Notes under the pieces: generated by a model
What the model was told of the DNA's origin: nothing
Databases searched by the model: none
What the model saw: only the letters and a program-made list of their open reading frames with translations
From: a virus
DNA length: 64,000 nt
Direction: 5' to 3' (one strand)
Virus record (IMG/VR): IMGVR_UViG_3300045256_000753
Coordinates: 1 to 64,000 of that record
Shown: positions 35,646 through 46,500 of the stretch, piece by piece
How positions within the stretch are numbered: position 1 is the stretch's first letter
Layout: each line of letters starts with the position of its first letter
Program-made: the position numbers and the translations under genes

Positions 35646-35809
35646 CAGGTCCCCTTGCTCAGCTTCTCCACAAGTGACCTATACTCGTCTTCGGTCAGGG
35701 CCTTCCCATTCACCACGAATCGACCCCCTTCATTCTTGGGGGAGCCCATCCGTTTGATGATCTCAGCCTTGTCGCCTTCCGGCAGCTTCGCGAGGAAATT
35801 GGGGTCCAT
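35645..35809 (-). CDS. 54-aa protein between baseplate J and wedge genes (not in ORF track)
   Basis: MDPNFLAKLPEGDKAEIIKRMGSPKNEGGRFVVNGKALTEDEYRSLVEKLSKGT*; starts right after the upstream TAA and ends by TGATG coupling. Confidence 0.7.
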   Translation of the reverse strand: MDPNFLAKLPEGDKAEIIKRMGSPKNEGGRFVVNGKALTEDEYRSLVEKLSKGT

Positions 35810-38800
35810 TTATGATCCTGATGCGTTTCGATACGTGATCACGAAGTCGCCCAGATCGATGAACTCGACCTCGGCGGCCAGAATGTCGTGCGAGCCCGAG
35901 TCTCCACGGATGATGTAGCTCACCGCAAAGGCGTGCTTGCTCGGGTCGTCTTGGGGGATGCCGGCGCCGGTCAAAGAGACAAGGACGTGGTTGGCCGTCA
36001 ATTTGAGACGGGTCGCCGCGAGCTGGTCGGCCGGGACGCCCTGCGCGAGCAAGGTCGCGTCATCCGAGTATCCGGAGATGGTCGCGCCGCCCGATCCGAT
36101 GATCCATCCTTGGTTCGCCGCCGAGCCCACCGTGGACATGCTCGTTGCCATCGTGAGTCCAACGTCGTCCATGAAGACGCCCTTGTGCTCGGTGCTGACG
36201 CCGCCGCCGTCCGTGGTGGGGAACTCCAGGCCGGAGGTCAGAATGAAGACGCGATTGCCGCCGATGTCGAGGGAGCCGACGTGCGCGAACGACGAGCTGA
36301 CCGTCTCGCGCAACTTCTGGCTTCCGTCAGCGTAGGCCATGAGCGCCATGGGTAGAACGTTGAACGATACGCCGGCAGTGTCGGTGATCGCCGCATCGAC
36401 GTTCGATTGAGCGACACTCTCGCCGATGATCTTCCGGTTGAGTTCGAGTGACACAGCCGATCGCATGTTCGGATCGACGACATCTTTCGCAGCTCCGGCA
36501 GAGAGCTGCACCGTCGTCGAGATGTTCACGAAGTTTTGGATCGCCTGCTTGACGAGGACGTCCGCCGTCACGTGCCGTTTGCTGTTCACGACTTGTTGAA
36601 GCTGTTGGAGCAAGTCGTTGATGACGTACGTCACCGTGAAGTTCTCGTCCTTCACATAGTCCACCGAAACGGTGGCGCCGCTCGGGATCGTCGAGCTGGC
36701 CGTGCGAACGATCGATGCCGGGGTCGTCGGGGTACCCGCGATGATGTTGTAGTCCGGTGCCGGCGAGCCCGGACCGTCGTATTCGATCGTGCGAGCGGCG
36801 TTGAACACGCGGATGGTCAGCGTGTTGATGCCGATCGAATTGAGCGGGTCGGCCTGGAAGCCGATCATCACGTGGGTCTCGTTGTTGACCGGGATGGTGT
36901 TGCCGCTCGGTTTGCCGGCGAACTGGGTGAGCGTGAGATAGTCGTTCGCGATCGTAGACTCGCCCGTGAGGAGCGGGTCATCGGTCTTGAAGAGCTTGTA
37001 GTTGTTGTTTGGATCGAGCGGACCGGCGACTTCGCCAACAACCGAAACGACGCGGCGAACGGGTTGCAGCGTGAAGTGAAACTGGTTGACGACTCGGAAG
37101 CGGTAGTCCGCCGTGATGATGTCGTCGATGTGCGTGAGGGGCTGAGCGATGCCCGTGTTGATCTGGAACGTCTGGTAGTCGAGGATCGCGACGCCCGTAA
37201 GGTCGTAGTCGAGACCCGTCGTGACGTTGTGGACGCCCAGGTTTTGCGGGATGTTGTTGAGGATCTCGATGATCGGCGTGTTCGGGGTGACGCGCGAGTC
37301 GAGCACTCGGAAGATGAGATTGGTGAGGTCGATGATCTGGCACTGGATGCCAAGGGCGATCTCGAACGTGAAGGCGAACGTATCGGTGACTTGGCGCTCC
37401 TGAATGCCCTGCACCCAGATGTCCACCTTGCCGCCGATGTGCTTGTGCCGGAGGTCGTCGTAGTCCCTCATCATGAGGGCGTCGCCGCTCTTGACGATCT
37501 TCGCCTTGATGACGCCGATCTGCGATGCAGCGGTGCTTGCGTATCCGCCTTCGGTGCCCGTATCCACGGACGAGAAGGCAAGAATCGAACGCTCCGCGAG
37601 ATCGTGGTTCGTTTCCTGGTCGTCGCCGAAGACCGTTGCGCTCGTGTTCGTGACCGACACGCCCGAAACGCCAAGGATGTTCTTGATGCTTCCTGCGGGC
37701 AGATTTCCGGCGACGCCGACCTGCTGAGCAGTGATGTCCGCCACGATCTCGTAGCGCTTCGTGTTGAAGTTGAAGAACGCTTGTGCGTTCGCGGCCGAAA
37801 GGACGAACGAACCGCCGATGACGAATCGAATGGCCGGCGTGCCCGTCACCGGATCCGCGTCGGACGTGACGATGGTCCCGGCCGGGATGATGATGTCCTG
37901 CGTCGGTGCGGTCTCCGTGTAGATGACGACCTGGCCCACGGCGGGCCTGCCCGGCAAACGCGTCTTTTGGACGTTCGCGGAGAGCTTGTCGAATTGCTGG
38001 TCGATGAGCGATTGAACGGCGTCATCGCTCGTCAAACCGAGAGCTGCTTTGAGCGCCTGCTTGTACGCGCTGCCCGCAACGGAGTCGGACACACCGTTGC
38101 CACTCACGTTGTCGATCGGCAGGAGCGTCAAGAAGCTCTGGCTTCGGTGAACGAAGTCGAGCAAGAACCAGATGCGCTCCGCCTCGCTGGAGAACGGGTC
38201 GATGTCCACGTCGCGCGAGATGGAGCCGGGAATGAGCGAGATCTGGTTGTTGACTCGCTGCACGGCCTGCACGTAATCCGTGACGACCTGCGTCTGGTTG
38301 CGACCGGGGAGGTCCCGAATCGACGTGTCGATCGTGAGAGGCGTCCCGAGGATCTCCTGCGAGTAGGGCGTTTCGATCTCCGTATTCGTGAGGGGGTCGA
38401 AGTAGATGCCCGTCACCACGAAGTACAGGGGATCGTTCGCCTGGACGTTTGCGAAGAGATCCGTGTTGATGATGTTCGTCCCGCCCGCGCGGCTGAAATT
38501 GAACAGGACGAAGTTGTTGAGCTGGAAGTTCTCGACGGTGCTCGTGAACCGGAAGCGGCCGGTGAGCGGCGAGATGTTGTGGATGGAGTCCAGTTTGACC
38601 GCAAGCTCGTTGCCGAACTCGTCGAGGTCCGTCACGCGGATACGAACATTCTTGTGGAACTGCTCGTCCCAAGTTACGGTGTCCGTGATCGTTCCGAGAA
38701 CGTCTTCTTGAAATTGCGTCGCCGCCGAGACCGGGCTCTGGTTCACCTTGTGATAGCCGGTGACCGCTCCGCCAGGGTTCGCCGACGCGTAGTAATTGAA

Positions 38801-39265
38801 TCCGATGAAGGTCGGCTGCGGGATCGGAATGCCCGAGGAGTTCGTGAGGGGGACGGGCTTGGCCGCGAGGATGTCGATCGAGTCGATGTGACGGACGACG
38901 CGGATACCAGTCGGAATCTGCGCGGTCGTCTCGCTGATTGCGGCAACGCGCGTGACAGAAACCGTGGAGATGGGGCTCACGCCGCCAACGATGTCGATCG
39001 TTCGAATCTGGATCGTGTTGAGGCCCAGATTGAGCGGAAGTCCGCTCGGATAGTTCACCGGATTCGGAATGGTGAACGTCTGGAGGACGAAGCTGATGAG
39101 GGTCGGGTCCGTGACGAACGGGCTGCCGTTGATCGACACCTGGATGACCGAGGTGTTCACATCGACGGTGCCGGTGATGGTGATCGCATCCTCGTTCGTC
39201 GTGAAGACGAGGTTGGTCGTGAATCCACTACCGTCGCGAAGCGCGATTTGCGGTGCCGTTGCCAT
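35810..39265 (-). CDS. Baseplate J-like protein with N-terminal extension
   Basis: IIIPAGTIV, GVAGNLPAGSI, GDDQETNHDLAER, GGKVDIWV are baseplate J hallmarks. Confidence 0.88.
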   Translation of the reverse strand: MATAPQIALRDGSGFTTNLVFTTNEDAITITGTVDVNTSVIQVSINGSPFVTDPTLISFVLQTFTIPNPVNYPSGLPLNLGLNTIQIRTIDIVGGVSPISTVSVTRVAAISETTAQIPTGIRVVRHIDSIDILAAKPVPLTNSSGIPIPQPTFIGFNYYASANPGGAVTGYHKVNQSPVSAATQFQEDVLGTITDTVTWDEQFHKNVRIRVTDLDEFGNELAVKLDSIHNISPLTGRFRFTSTVENFQLNNFVLFNFSRAGGTNIINTDLFANVQANDPLYFVVTGIYFDPLTNTEIETPYSQEILGTPLTIDTSIRDLPGRNQTQVVTDYVQAVQRVNNQISLIPGSISRDVDIDPFSSEAERIWFLLDFVHRSQSFLTLLPIDNVSGNGVSDSVAGSAYKQALKAALGLTSDDAVQSLIDQQFDKLSANVQKTRLPGRPAVGQVVIYTETAPTQDIIIPAGTIVTSDADPVTGTPAIRFVIGGSFVLSAANAQAFFNFNTKRYEIVADITAQQVGVAGNLPAGSIKNILGVSGVSVTNTSATVFGDDQETNHDLAERSILAFSSVDTGTEGGYASTAASQIGVIKAKIVKSGDALMMRDYDDLRHKHIGGKVDIWVQGIQERQVTDTFAFTFEIALGIQCQIIDLTNLIFRVLDSRVTPNTPIIEILNNIPQNLGVHNVTTGLDYDLTGVAILDYQTFQINTGIAQPLTHIDDIITADYRFRVVNQFHFTLQPVRRVVSVVGEVAGPLDPNNNYKLFKTDDPLLTGESTIANDYLTLTQFAGKPSGNTIPVNNETHVMIGFQADPLNSIGINTLTIRVFNAARTIEYDGPGSPAPDYNIIAGTPTTPASIVRTASSTIPSGATVSVDYVKDENFTVTYVINDLLQQLQQVVNSKRHVTADVLVKQAIQNFVNISTTVQLSAGAAKDVVDPNMRSAVSLELNRKIIGESVAQSNVDAAITDTAGVSFNVLPMALMAYADGSQKLRETVSSSFAHVGSLDIGGNRVFILTSGLEFPTTDGGGVSTEHKGVFMDDVGLTMATSMSTVGSAANQGWIIGSGGATISGYSDDATLLAQGVPADQLAATRLKLTANHVLVSLTGAGIPQDDPSKHAFAVSYIIRGDSGSHDILAAEVEFIDLGDFVITYRNASGS

Positions 39266-39268
39266 CAA

Positions 39269-40411
39269 TCACCCTGCAAGTACGAAGTTGGTGAGGGACT
39301 GCCGAATCAGACCCTGCTGTTGCGTGGAGCCGAGGAGGTCGAGCGGAAGCGGGATGCGCAGACCCCGCTCGATTTGGATCGGCTCGGTCGAACGGTTTTG
39401 AATCGCGACTTGCACGAAGATGACCGTGGGGTCTTGCGTGCTCTGTTGGAGGTTGACGGACAAGAGACGGAACGGGTACTCCTTGTCAGAGACGACCTGT
39501 CCGACCTTTTGCTCTTGCTGCTGTTTGATTTGCTGCCAGCGTGTGAACGCCTGGTAGATGTCCGACACGATCAGGTTCTGAATGAAGCCACCCGCCGTGA
39601 GCTTCTTTCCGATGGTGTCGAGGAGCTGCGTCCCGTACCACGTGTGGAAAGGATTCGACCCCAACGTGGTGAAGAAGTCCTTCTGGACCTCCTGAATGAG
39701 CAGGGCTTCGTCCGAGACCGTGATCATCTGGCCGTTGCCTGCGTAGCGCCAATCGTGTTCGACGCCGACGCCACCGCATCGCCGGCACTCTTGGGCGACG
39801 GTCGCGTAGTCGATCTCCACGAAGTCAGTCGCGCTCTTGAGCGGCTCGTCGAAAATGATGTTGCGGCTCTGTCGTCCCGGCGTGATCGTCGTCGGGTCCA
39901 CGACAATCGTCCAGCCAGGAACGAGTTGCTGTCCTCGGAACTCACGTGTCGTGAGAAAGCCGAGAGACGATGCCAACGTGCTCGCCGAGGTGAACTGCAC
40001 CGTGGCGCCGCGACCGCTGCCGGTCGTTTGAAACATGACGCGACGCCCTGCGGCCGAGAAGTAGATGCCTTGGAGCTGCTCGTTCAGGAGGAACGCGAGC
40101 TTGTCGGCCGGCATTTGCTTCGAGGCAGGAAGCGTGGCCGTTTGCGTCACCATCCCATTCAGCGTGACGACGAGCGTGTCATTGACGGCCGCCGTGATGT
40201 TGAACGGGCCATCCTTGCTGCCCACGGCTTGCGCGGGAATGGTGACGCCCACCGAGGGGACTTCGATCTCTCGATTGAGGCGCATCTTCACCGAGGCGAT
40301 CGATGCAATTGGGCGAAGCGGACGAACCGTCTGCCGGTCGGTTGCGAGGAAGAGAGCTTCCTCCACAACCTCGTGCGGACAGATCTGATCGATCTGGCGG
40401 TCGTAGCTCAT
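39269..40411 (-). CDS. Baseplate wedge initiator with C-terminal gp25/GPW-like domain
   Basis: FTTLGSNPFHTWYGTQL motif (T..G..PF.P.YG type); CRRCGG zinc motif; directly upstream of baseplate J. Confidence 0.75.
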   Translation of the reverse strand: MSYDRQIDQICPHEVVEEALFLATDRQTVRPLRPIASIASVKMRLNREIEVPSVGVTIPAQAVGSKDGPFNITAAVNDTLVVTLNGMVTQTATLPASKQMPADKLAFLLNEQLQGIYFSAAGRRVMFQTTGSGRGATVQFTSASTLASSLGFLTTREFRGQQLVPGWTIVVDPTTITPGRQSRNIIFDEPLKSATDFVEIDYATVAQECRRCGGVGVEHDWRYAGNGQMITVSDEALLIQEVQKDFFTTLGSNPFHTWYGTQLLDTIGKKLTAGGFIQNLIVSDIYQAFTRWQQIKQQQEQKVGQVVSDKEYPFRLLSVNLQQSTQDPTVIFVQVAIQNRSTEPIQIERGLRIPLPLDLLGSTQQQGLIRQSLTNFVLAG

Positions 40412-41151
40412 TGACCGTCTCCCGTGGGCACGACCGGACCATCGTAGGTGCGCTCGAAGTCGGTGACGTTGGCGCGCTTCGGTCCCGGCATGTAAGAGGC
40501 GAACGGCGCGTACGCCATCTTGCCGTGCGGATCCGGTTTGCCGGAATCGTTCTGCGCGGCGAGGTACGTGCGATCCGAGATGAGCTGCTGGACGCCGTTG
40601 AGGATGAAACCGAGCGCACCCTGCACGGAGGCTTGCGCCTTGATTTGGTTGAGCGTGTCGATCTCTGCCTGCAATTGATCGGCGTAGTCGATCATGCGAC
40701 GGATTTTCCGTTCGAGGTACTCTCGGCGGTAGAAGAGCGCGTCGTAGGTCCAGTCGCGTGCCGATCGAACAAGCTCCGCCGACTCCTGGTCCGAGAGACC
40801 CGGGGTCCCCAATATTTCCCCGTTCGACATTTGCTGCGGCATTCCGTTCTCGGAACCTTCAAGCCGGAAGACCGCTTGGTTCATCGAACGGATCTGGAGG
40901 TCGTAGAAGGCGTCACCCCCAAGAGCCTCGTAGGCCAGGAAGAGCTTGCCGGCGTAGGTCTCGCTGTCCCCAGAGGACAGGTTGGTCGGGACACCCCCAG
41001 AATCGAAGGCGAAGGCAATCGCCCCGATGCGGTCCAGCTCGGCCTGGAGGTGGAGAACCCGGTCGTCAATTTGGGCAGTCTGCGCCCGCACCCAATCGGA
41101 AAACCGAGTGAATTGCGACGCTGTGAAGGTGCCCAGGAAGTCGAACGACAA
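40408..41151 (-). CDS. Coiled-coil hypothetical protein in the baseplate operon
   Basis: TTG start; 247 aa; heptad-like segments. Confidence 0.7.
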   Translation of the reverse strand: MSFDFLGTFTASQFTRFSDWVRAQTAQIDDRVLHLQAELDRIGAIAFAFDSGGVPTNLSSGDSETYAGKLFLAYEALGGDAFYDLQIRSMNQAVFRLEGSENGMPQQMSNGEILGTPGLSDQESAELVRSARDWTYDALFYRREYLERKIRRMIDYADQLQAEIDTLNQIKAQASVQGALGFILNGVQQLISDRTYLAAQNDSGKPDPHGKMAYAPFASYMPGPKRANVTDFERTYDGPVVPTGDGQ

Positions 41152-41202
41152 ACTTCTGCCTCTACCCCTGCGGGCCTTACAAGAAGCAAAACGCAGCCTT
41201 TC

Positions 41203-43377
41203 TCAGAAGATGAGCTGTAGGGCGCTGGCGAACGAAGAAACGTCGGGCGCGATGTAGGCGAAGGCCACCCCGGCCGTGTACCCGCCCGGGCCGCTCGGCG
41301 GCTTGGTCCCCCCGGCGCTGTCCACTGCCTGCATCCACTCGCCCACATCCCCCGTGCTCGACGGGACGAAAAGGACGAAGAACCCGACCTGGAGACCGAT
41401 GATGAAATCCAGTAGTTCGATGAGGTACTTGAGGAACTTTTCGAGGGTGTTGATCTTGCGCTCGATGAGGTCGATGTAGGCCTTGATCTCGTCGAAGACC
41501 CCCTGGAAGCCGTTGAGGAGGGCCTGAATCTTGGCGAGAAGCTCGTAGAGGAGCTGGCCCGCCCACGGCACGATGTCGCGAAGAACGCTGACCTGAATCC
41601 AGTCCGGGGGCGCTCCGCCCAACGTGAACGACTTGCAGAAGTTGACCGCGTTGAGGACGTTCAGGCGAAGGTTCGCATCGTTGGCGAACGCGTCCCCGTA
41701 AACCGTCATGACATCGCGCATCACGTTGGGATCCGTGCTGTCGGTCGTCAGATGGAAGCACACCGCCGAGAGACTCGTGTCTCCCGCCAAACCGCTCGTC
41801 GTCGGATTGCCCTTGACGAAGGGGCCGATCATGAGCTGCCGGAAGGCATCCGCGTTGTTTGCGCTCAAGATGGCGCCGGCCACAATCGTCGCAAGACGGG
41901 TAGCACTCCGTTTTACGCGAGAGGTCTGCCACGGCGCTTGCGGGAACTTCCCGGTCGCCGGATCCGCAACGAAGCCGCTCACGTTTCCGAGGCCAGCGGC
42001 AGCGCCAAGGATCGGGACCGACGTGAACGCCACTAGCGCGCCCGCCTGTTGCGTGAGCGAACCCTCGCCGATGTTCGAGATATGCGTGTCCGCGTTGCCG
42101 GGCAACCCTTGCGCATTGAACTGGGCGCCGGCCGGAAGCGGGAGATGGAAGTTCAACGAGAACGCAAGCTCGAAGAGCCGCTTGAGGTTTTCCACGACGT
42201 CGAAGAACGGGCCTGTCGGATAGACCGGGATGCGCTGCGAAGCGATTGGGCTCGCCCGACCCATGACGGGGTTGTCGCCGGGCCACTTCACGAGCCATTG
42301 CTGCGTAACCGGATCTTGTTCCGGCTGATCGAAGCTAATCGTCCCATCCGAGTTGACCGTGAGATCGCCGCTGTACGCTCGAACGCGGTAGAAGTAGACC
42401 TTGCCCTGTTCGACGTCACTATCGATGTAGCGGAACTTCCCGAGTTGCCCGAGGAAGAACGTCCCAGAGTTGTGTGACGGATCGACGACGATGTACTTCT
42501 GGAATTTGATGAACGGGTCGTTGTAGATGTCCTTGATCGCGAGTTTGCGGGAGATGGTCTTCCCGGGCTCGCCACGGACCTCGAAGTTCGTGGGCACGGT
42601 TGCCGTGACCTGACCCACTGCGCTTGCGTCGCCGATCTTCGTCGCGTCGAGTTCGACGTTCGGATTGGCGGCGCTCTTTTCGATGAGGAAGCGCGGCGGC
42701 ACGAACTCGGTCGCAAACGAGGAGAACACGTCCGAGAAACCCGGGTCGCCAACATTCTGCGTCGTGGGCAGGGCCCATTCGACGACGAGCGACTTCGGTT
42801 GCGACTGGAAGATCTTGACGACCGAAAGAACCGGGTCGCCTTGATCGCCGACCGGCAGAACCTTCACGTTTGCTGGCGCAGCATAGTGCGGAGCGAGGAA
42901 GTCCTTGCCGAAGAAGCGGAGCAAAAGGGTAAGGCGCCGGAGCAGAACTTGAACGTTCTCTGCATCGACGACAAGGAGGATGAATCCGCTCTGCGTTGCT
43001 CCGGCGATCGGCTGCGGTCTGTTCGGGTCTCTCGAATCGACGAGGGACCCTTTGAATCTTGTGACGAATCCTTGGTAGCCGCCCGCCACTCGGTTGAAGT
43101 TCGGATCACCGAGCGTGTCCGGGACGTCGTAAAGGGCGTAGAGACCCGTCTTCTTGAGGGTCTCGAACAACGTGTTGATGAGACTGATCAACGCTTGGAC
43201 GAGCGCGATGATCGGGTTCGGGAACGAGATGAGAAGCGCCTTGACGATATCGAGGAGCGTCTTGAGGATTTCCAGAAACGTGACGAGCGTTTCGAGGATG
43301 TTCCTCGCCCCTTCGAGCAGATCCTTCCCCGGGAGCTGGAGAGAGAACGAGTTCCAGGTGGGGGTCGGCGTCGCCAT
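41203..43377 (-). CDS. Virion-associated protein with amphipathic helical termini and central beta domain
   Basis: 724 aa; Leu/Ile-rich helices at both ends; DVEQGKVYFYRVRA resembles the end of an FN3-like domain. Confidence 0.7.
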   Translation of the reverse strand: MATPTPTWNSFSLQLPGKDLLEGARNILETLVTFLEILKTLLDIVKALLISFPNPIIALVQALISLINTLFETLKKTGLYALYDVPDTLGDPNFNRVAGGYQGFVTRFKGSLVDSRDPNRPQPIAGATQSGFILLVVDAENVQVLLRRLTLLLRFFGKDFLAPHYAAPANVKVLPVGDQGDPVLSVVKIFQSQPKSLVVEWALPTTQNVGDPGFSDVFSSFATEFVPPRFLIEKSAANPNVELDATKIGDASAVGQVTATVPTNFEVRGEPGKTISRKLAIKDIYNDPFIKFQKYIVVDPSHNSGTFFLGQLGKFRYIDSDVEQGKVYFYRVRAYSGDLTVNSDGTISFDQPEQDPVTQQWLVKWPGDNPVMGRASPIASQRIPVYPTGPFFDVVENLKRLFELAFSLNFHLPLPAGAQFNAQGLPGNADTHISNIGEGSLTQQAGALVAFTSVPILGAAAGLGNVSGFVADPATGKFPQAPWQTSRVKRSATRLATIVAGAILSANNADAFRQLMIGPFVKGNPTTSGLAGDTSLSAVCFHLTTDSTDPNVMRDVMTVYGDAFANDANLRLNVLNAVNFCKSFTLGGAPPDWIQVSVLRDIVPWAGQLLYELLAKIQALLNGFQGVFDEIKAYIDLIERKINTLEKFLKYLIELLDFIIGLQVGFFVLFVPSSTGDVGEWMQAVDSAGGTKPPSGPGGYTAGVAFAYIAPDVSSFASALQLIF

Positions 43378-43382
43378 TCAGT

Positions 43383-43577
43383 TCAGGCTCCGTATTGGAG
43401 CTTCTCCAGCTTCTTCCGGAGGTGCGAGAGTTCGGCTTCGGTCGCTTCCACCGTCTTCTCGATGACCTCTTTCATCTTGTTGTTGATCCCGAAATTCTGT
43501 CGGTACTCCCACTTCGGGGGCTCCGGCTTCTTCTCTTCAGACTGGGCTTCGGGAGCCTTGTTCTCTTCGGTTTCCAT
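43383..43577 (-). CDS. Small coiled-coil protein
   Basis: ATG 43577 via TGATG coupling; 64 aa. Confidence 0.7.
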   Translation of the reverse strand: METEENKAPEAQSEEKKPEPPKWEYRQNFGINNKMKEVIEKTVEATEAELSHLRKKLEKLQYGA

Positions 43578-46500
43578 CACGAGCCTTCCACTGTGAGAAG
43601 TTTGATGAGTTGATTGAACACGTCCTGCTGTTGCTTGACGCGATTTGCGGCTGCCGTCTGTTGCAAGACGAGGTACCCCGACTGCAAGTTAATGCGCGCA
43701 TCGATCCACGTGAATCGCTTGTCGTACAGACGTTCGGATGAGGCGAGAGCGCTCTGGAGGATGGCCCTCGGACCAACGCCCGGATCGGCGAGGTAGGTCA
43801 GCCGTGCCTGCACTTGCGCACTTCGCGTATCCAAATCGGCCGTCTGCAACCCGATGGCGAATTCGGCCGGATCCGGCACGCCGCTGAGGAGCACCGGCAC
43901 TTGGGTGTTGAGCACCGGTTGGAATGCTTGCGTTTGGGTGAGGAAGGTCGCGTTCTGTCCGAGGATTCCGAAGATCGCTTGCAGCGTGGCGAGCGACACT
44001 CCGAACGCCTTGACGATCTGGTACGTCACTGCGCCCGCCAACGGGAAAGTCGTCGCGATGGTGATTTGGTGCGCGGTGACGTTGCCGATTCCGTAGATGC
44101 CCGCGTTCGTACCCGTTGGGATGTAGACGAAGTGTGACGTGGTGACGCCCGACGTGAGGAAATTCACCGTACCATCGTTGAGGAGAGAAGAGCCGGGGCT
44201 GGGAACAGAGCCCGCTGCACTCGAAAGCACCGTCGTGAAGACCGTCGTGAAGAAGTTGAAGATCGACGTTTGTTCCGACTTGGGGTTGGTCGAGATGGTC
44301 GCGATCTCGGTCGCCACTGCCGTTTGCACGCCCGTGTAGATCGGGCCCGAGTACGTATCGAGCGGGTTGTCGATGCGGTACGTTCCGCCAGCGGGGTTCG
44401 GGAAGGCGCTGTCCAGAGTCAGAGTCGTCGCCGACGTGATGGCCACGATCTGCCGTCGCAATCCAATGTTCGGACCGCCCGTCATCACCACCGTGTAGCC
44501 AACCTCCGTGCCGTTCCCGAGGAAGTTGGCGAGGAGATCCGTCAGCGTGGTGCCGGCTAGAGTGGCTGTTCCCGTGATGGCCGTCCCACTGACTGCCACC
44601 GTGAATTGGAAATTGGTGTCCACCGAGGCGAAGGCGTCGGCGAGACCCACGGTGACGGAGTTCGGGGTGACAGCCGTGATGCGTCGCCAGCTCGTTGCGC
44701 CGTTCGTTCCAGAAAGGATGCGAACGAGATCGTGGACTTTCGGGACGGGCGAAGGAAAGTTGCCGGCCGTGAGCGTGATGATCGTCTTGGTTACATCGAG
44801 GTTGCCCGTTCCCAAGAATGGGGCTGTCGTGTTCGTGCGCAGCGTGCCCGTGATGGGGGTCTCCGCCTGGGCCTCGACGTTGAGCGGGCCGCCGCCAGAG
44901 GGGGTCAGCTCTCCGTCGAAGGTCGGGCCCACGATCGGAACCGACTGGTCGCCATCGTCGTTCAACGTGCCACCAAAGAGGGCCGAGAACTTGAACGGAG
45001 CCGTGTAGTTGACGTTCACCCCGGCGCCGTTGGCTTGGAGAACGTCCCCGTTCTGGATGGGATAGATGTCTGCCGACTTCGGGATGATGTTCGCGGGCGG
45101 GGGCAGAGAGCTAATGATGCCGTCGAAGGGAAACTTTCTTGTGATGTAGAGAAGCTCGCCCGTGCTCAGGTTCGCATCCACGTCTTTCCCGATGGGGTAG
45201 ATCATCATGTACGCGCCGTTCGAGCTTGGAGTGGGCGGCGGGGCGTTACCGTCCTTGAGCATCGAGTTCGCGTCGCTTGGCGAGACGTAGATGGTCGAAC
45301 CGGCCGGAACGAAACCCGGATCGGGACCCGGCGTGGGCGAATGTGCCCCAAGGCTGATCGTGATCGTCGTAGGAGTGACGCCGAGCACCGTCGCGGTGTC
45401 GGCATCGGTGATGTAGAAGCGGCCTTGTGGATCCTCGATGACCACGCGCATCTGCGTGATGAAGGCTGGCCGCTGAAGGGCGTCGCTCGTGCCGTTCGCA
45501 TTGTCCACGGTAAAGACCGTGGTTCCGTACGGGTAGTCGAATTGAATTTGTGCGCGCGGCCACCGCTTGAAGATCGAGGGAGGCAGAGAGAAAAGGCTCG
45601 TGTAGTTGAACTTCGCGATGATGTCGCCGTCGTGAGGGCTTCCTCCGACTTGGGCCGGCGACGGCGTGAAAATGTTCCGCCTGTTCTTGAAGAAGCGGCT
45701 GTGGGGCCCGGGGAGATAAATCTGTTGGACGAATCCGCCCGGAATAGGGAACGGAGAAGCGACGAGGAGATCGTCGATTTGGTTCGTCACCTGAGAGACG
45801 CTCGTACGGACCGGGTTGTTGATGTTTCCGTCGAAGAGGAATCGGCCGTCCGAGTCGCCAACAACGCGGCCATCGATCGCGTGAAGGACGTCTTCCAAAT
45901 CGTTGACCGCATCGTTGAAGAACTTGAGGCAAGTCCTGGCGATGATGTCCACGTTCGCCAGGTGCCCTTCCTGGAAGTAGACGGAATCACGGCCCTGGTT
46001 GAAGAGTTGGGGCGACGACGAGTTCGAGGTCATCGGCCCGCTTGAGGGTGACCCGGCTTGGGCAGCGGCCTGAATCGTTTGCTGCACCTCGCCCTTGAAA
46101 TTCGTCATCGTCTCGACGCGGTAGTAGAAGTTGTCCGGCGAGAAGACTGTGTAGTCCGCGTTGAGGACCTGGCCGAGAAGGCCATTCAATTGGTTCGGCG
46201 CGATCGTGCACGTGTAGGACGCTTTCAGATTCAGGCCAGCCGAGACCGTTCGGTGCTCGGTATCGAAGATCGAAAACTCCTCGTTCGGCAAGAGGGGCGA
46301 CGCGTACACGATGGTTCCAGAGTCGTCGATTGTGTAATCCGTGGGGGACGTGAGCAGCTTCCCGACCTGGCCGGCGATGCGCCGGAAGACCGTGATCGGT
46401 TGAGTGGTCACCGGAACCCCACGTGTGTGGACAACCGTGGGCGCCTTTTCGAAGATCGGTCGGATCGAATACGAAAGGAACTGCTGGCCAAAGACGTACT

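Noticed and set aside
40394-40411. MSYDRQ at the start of the gp25-like protein as a fourth YSYDR leader
   Set aside because: Lacks the first Tyr and the nearby Ala, and is a core baseplate gene; probably coincidence.
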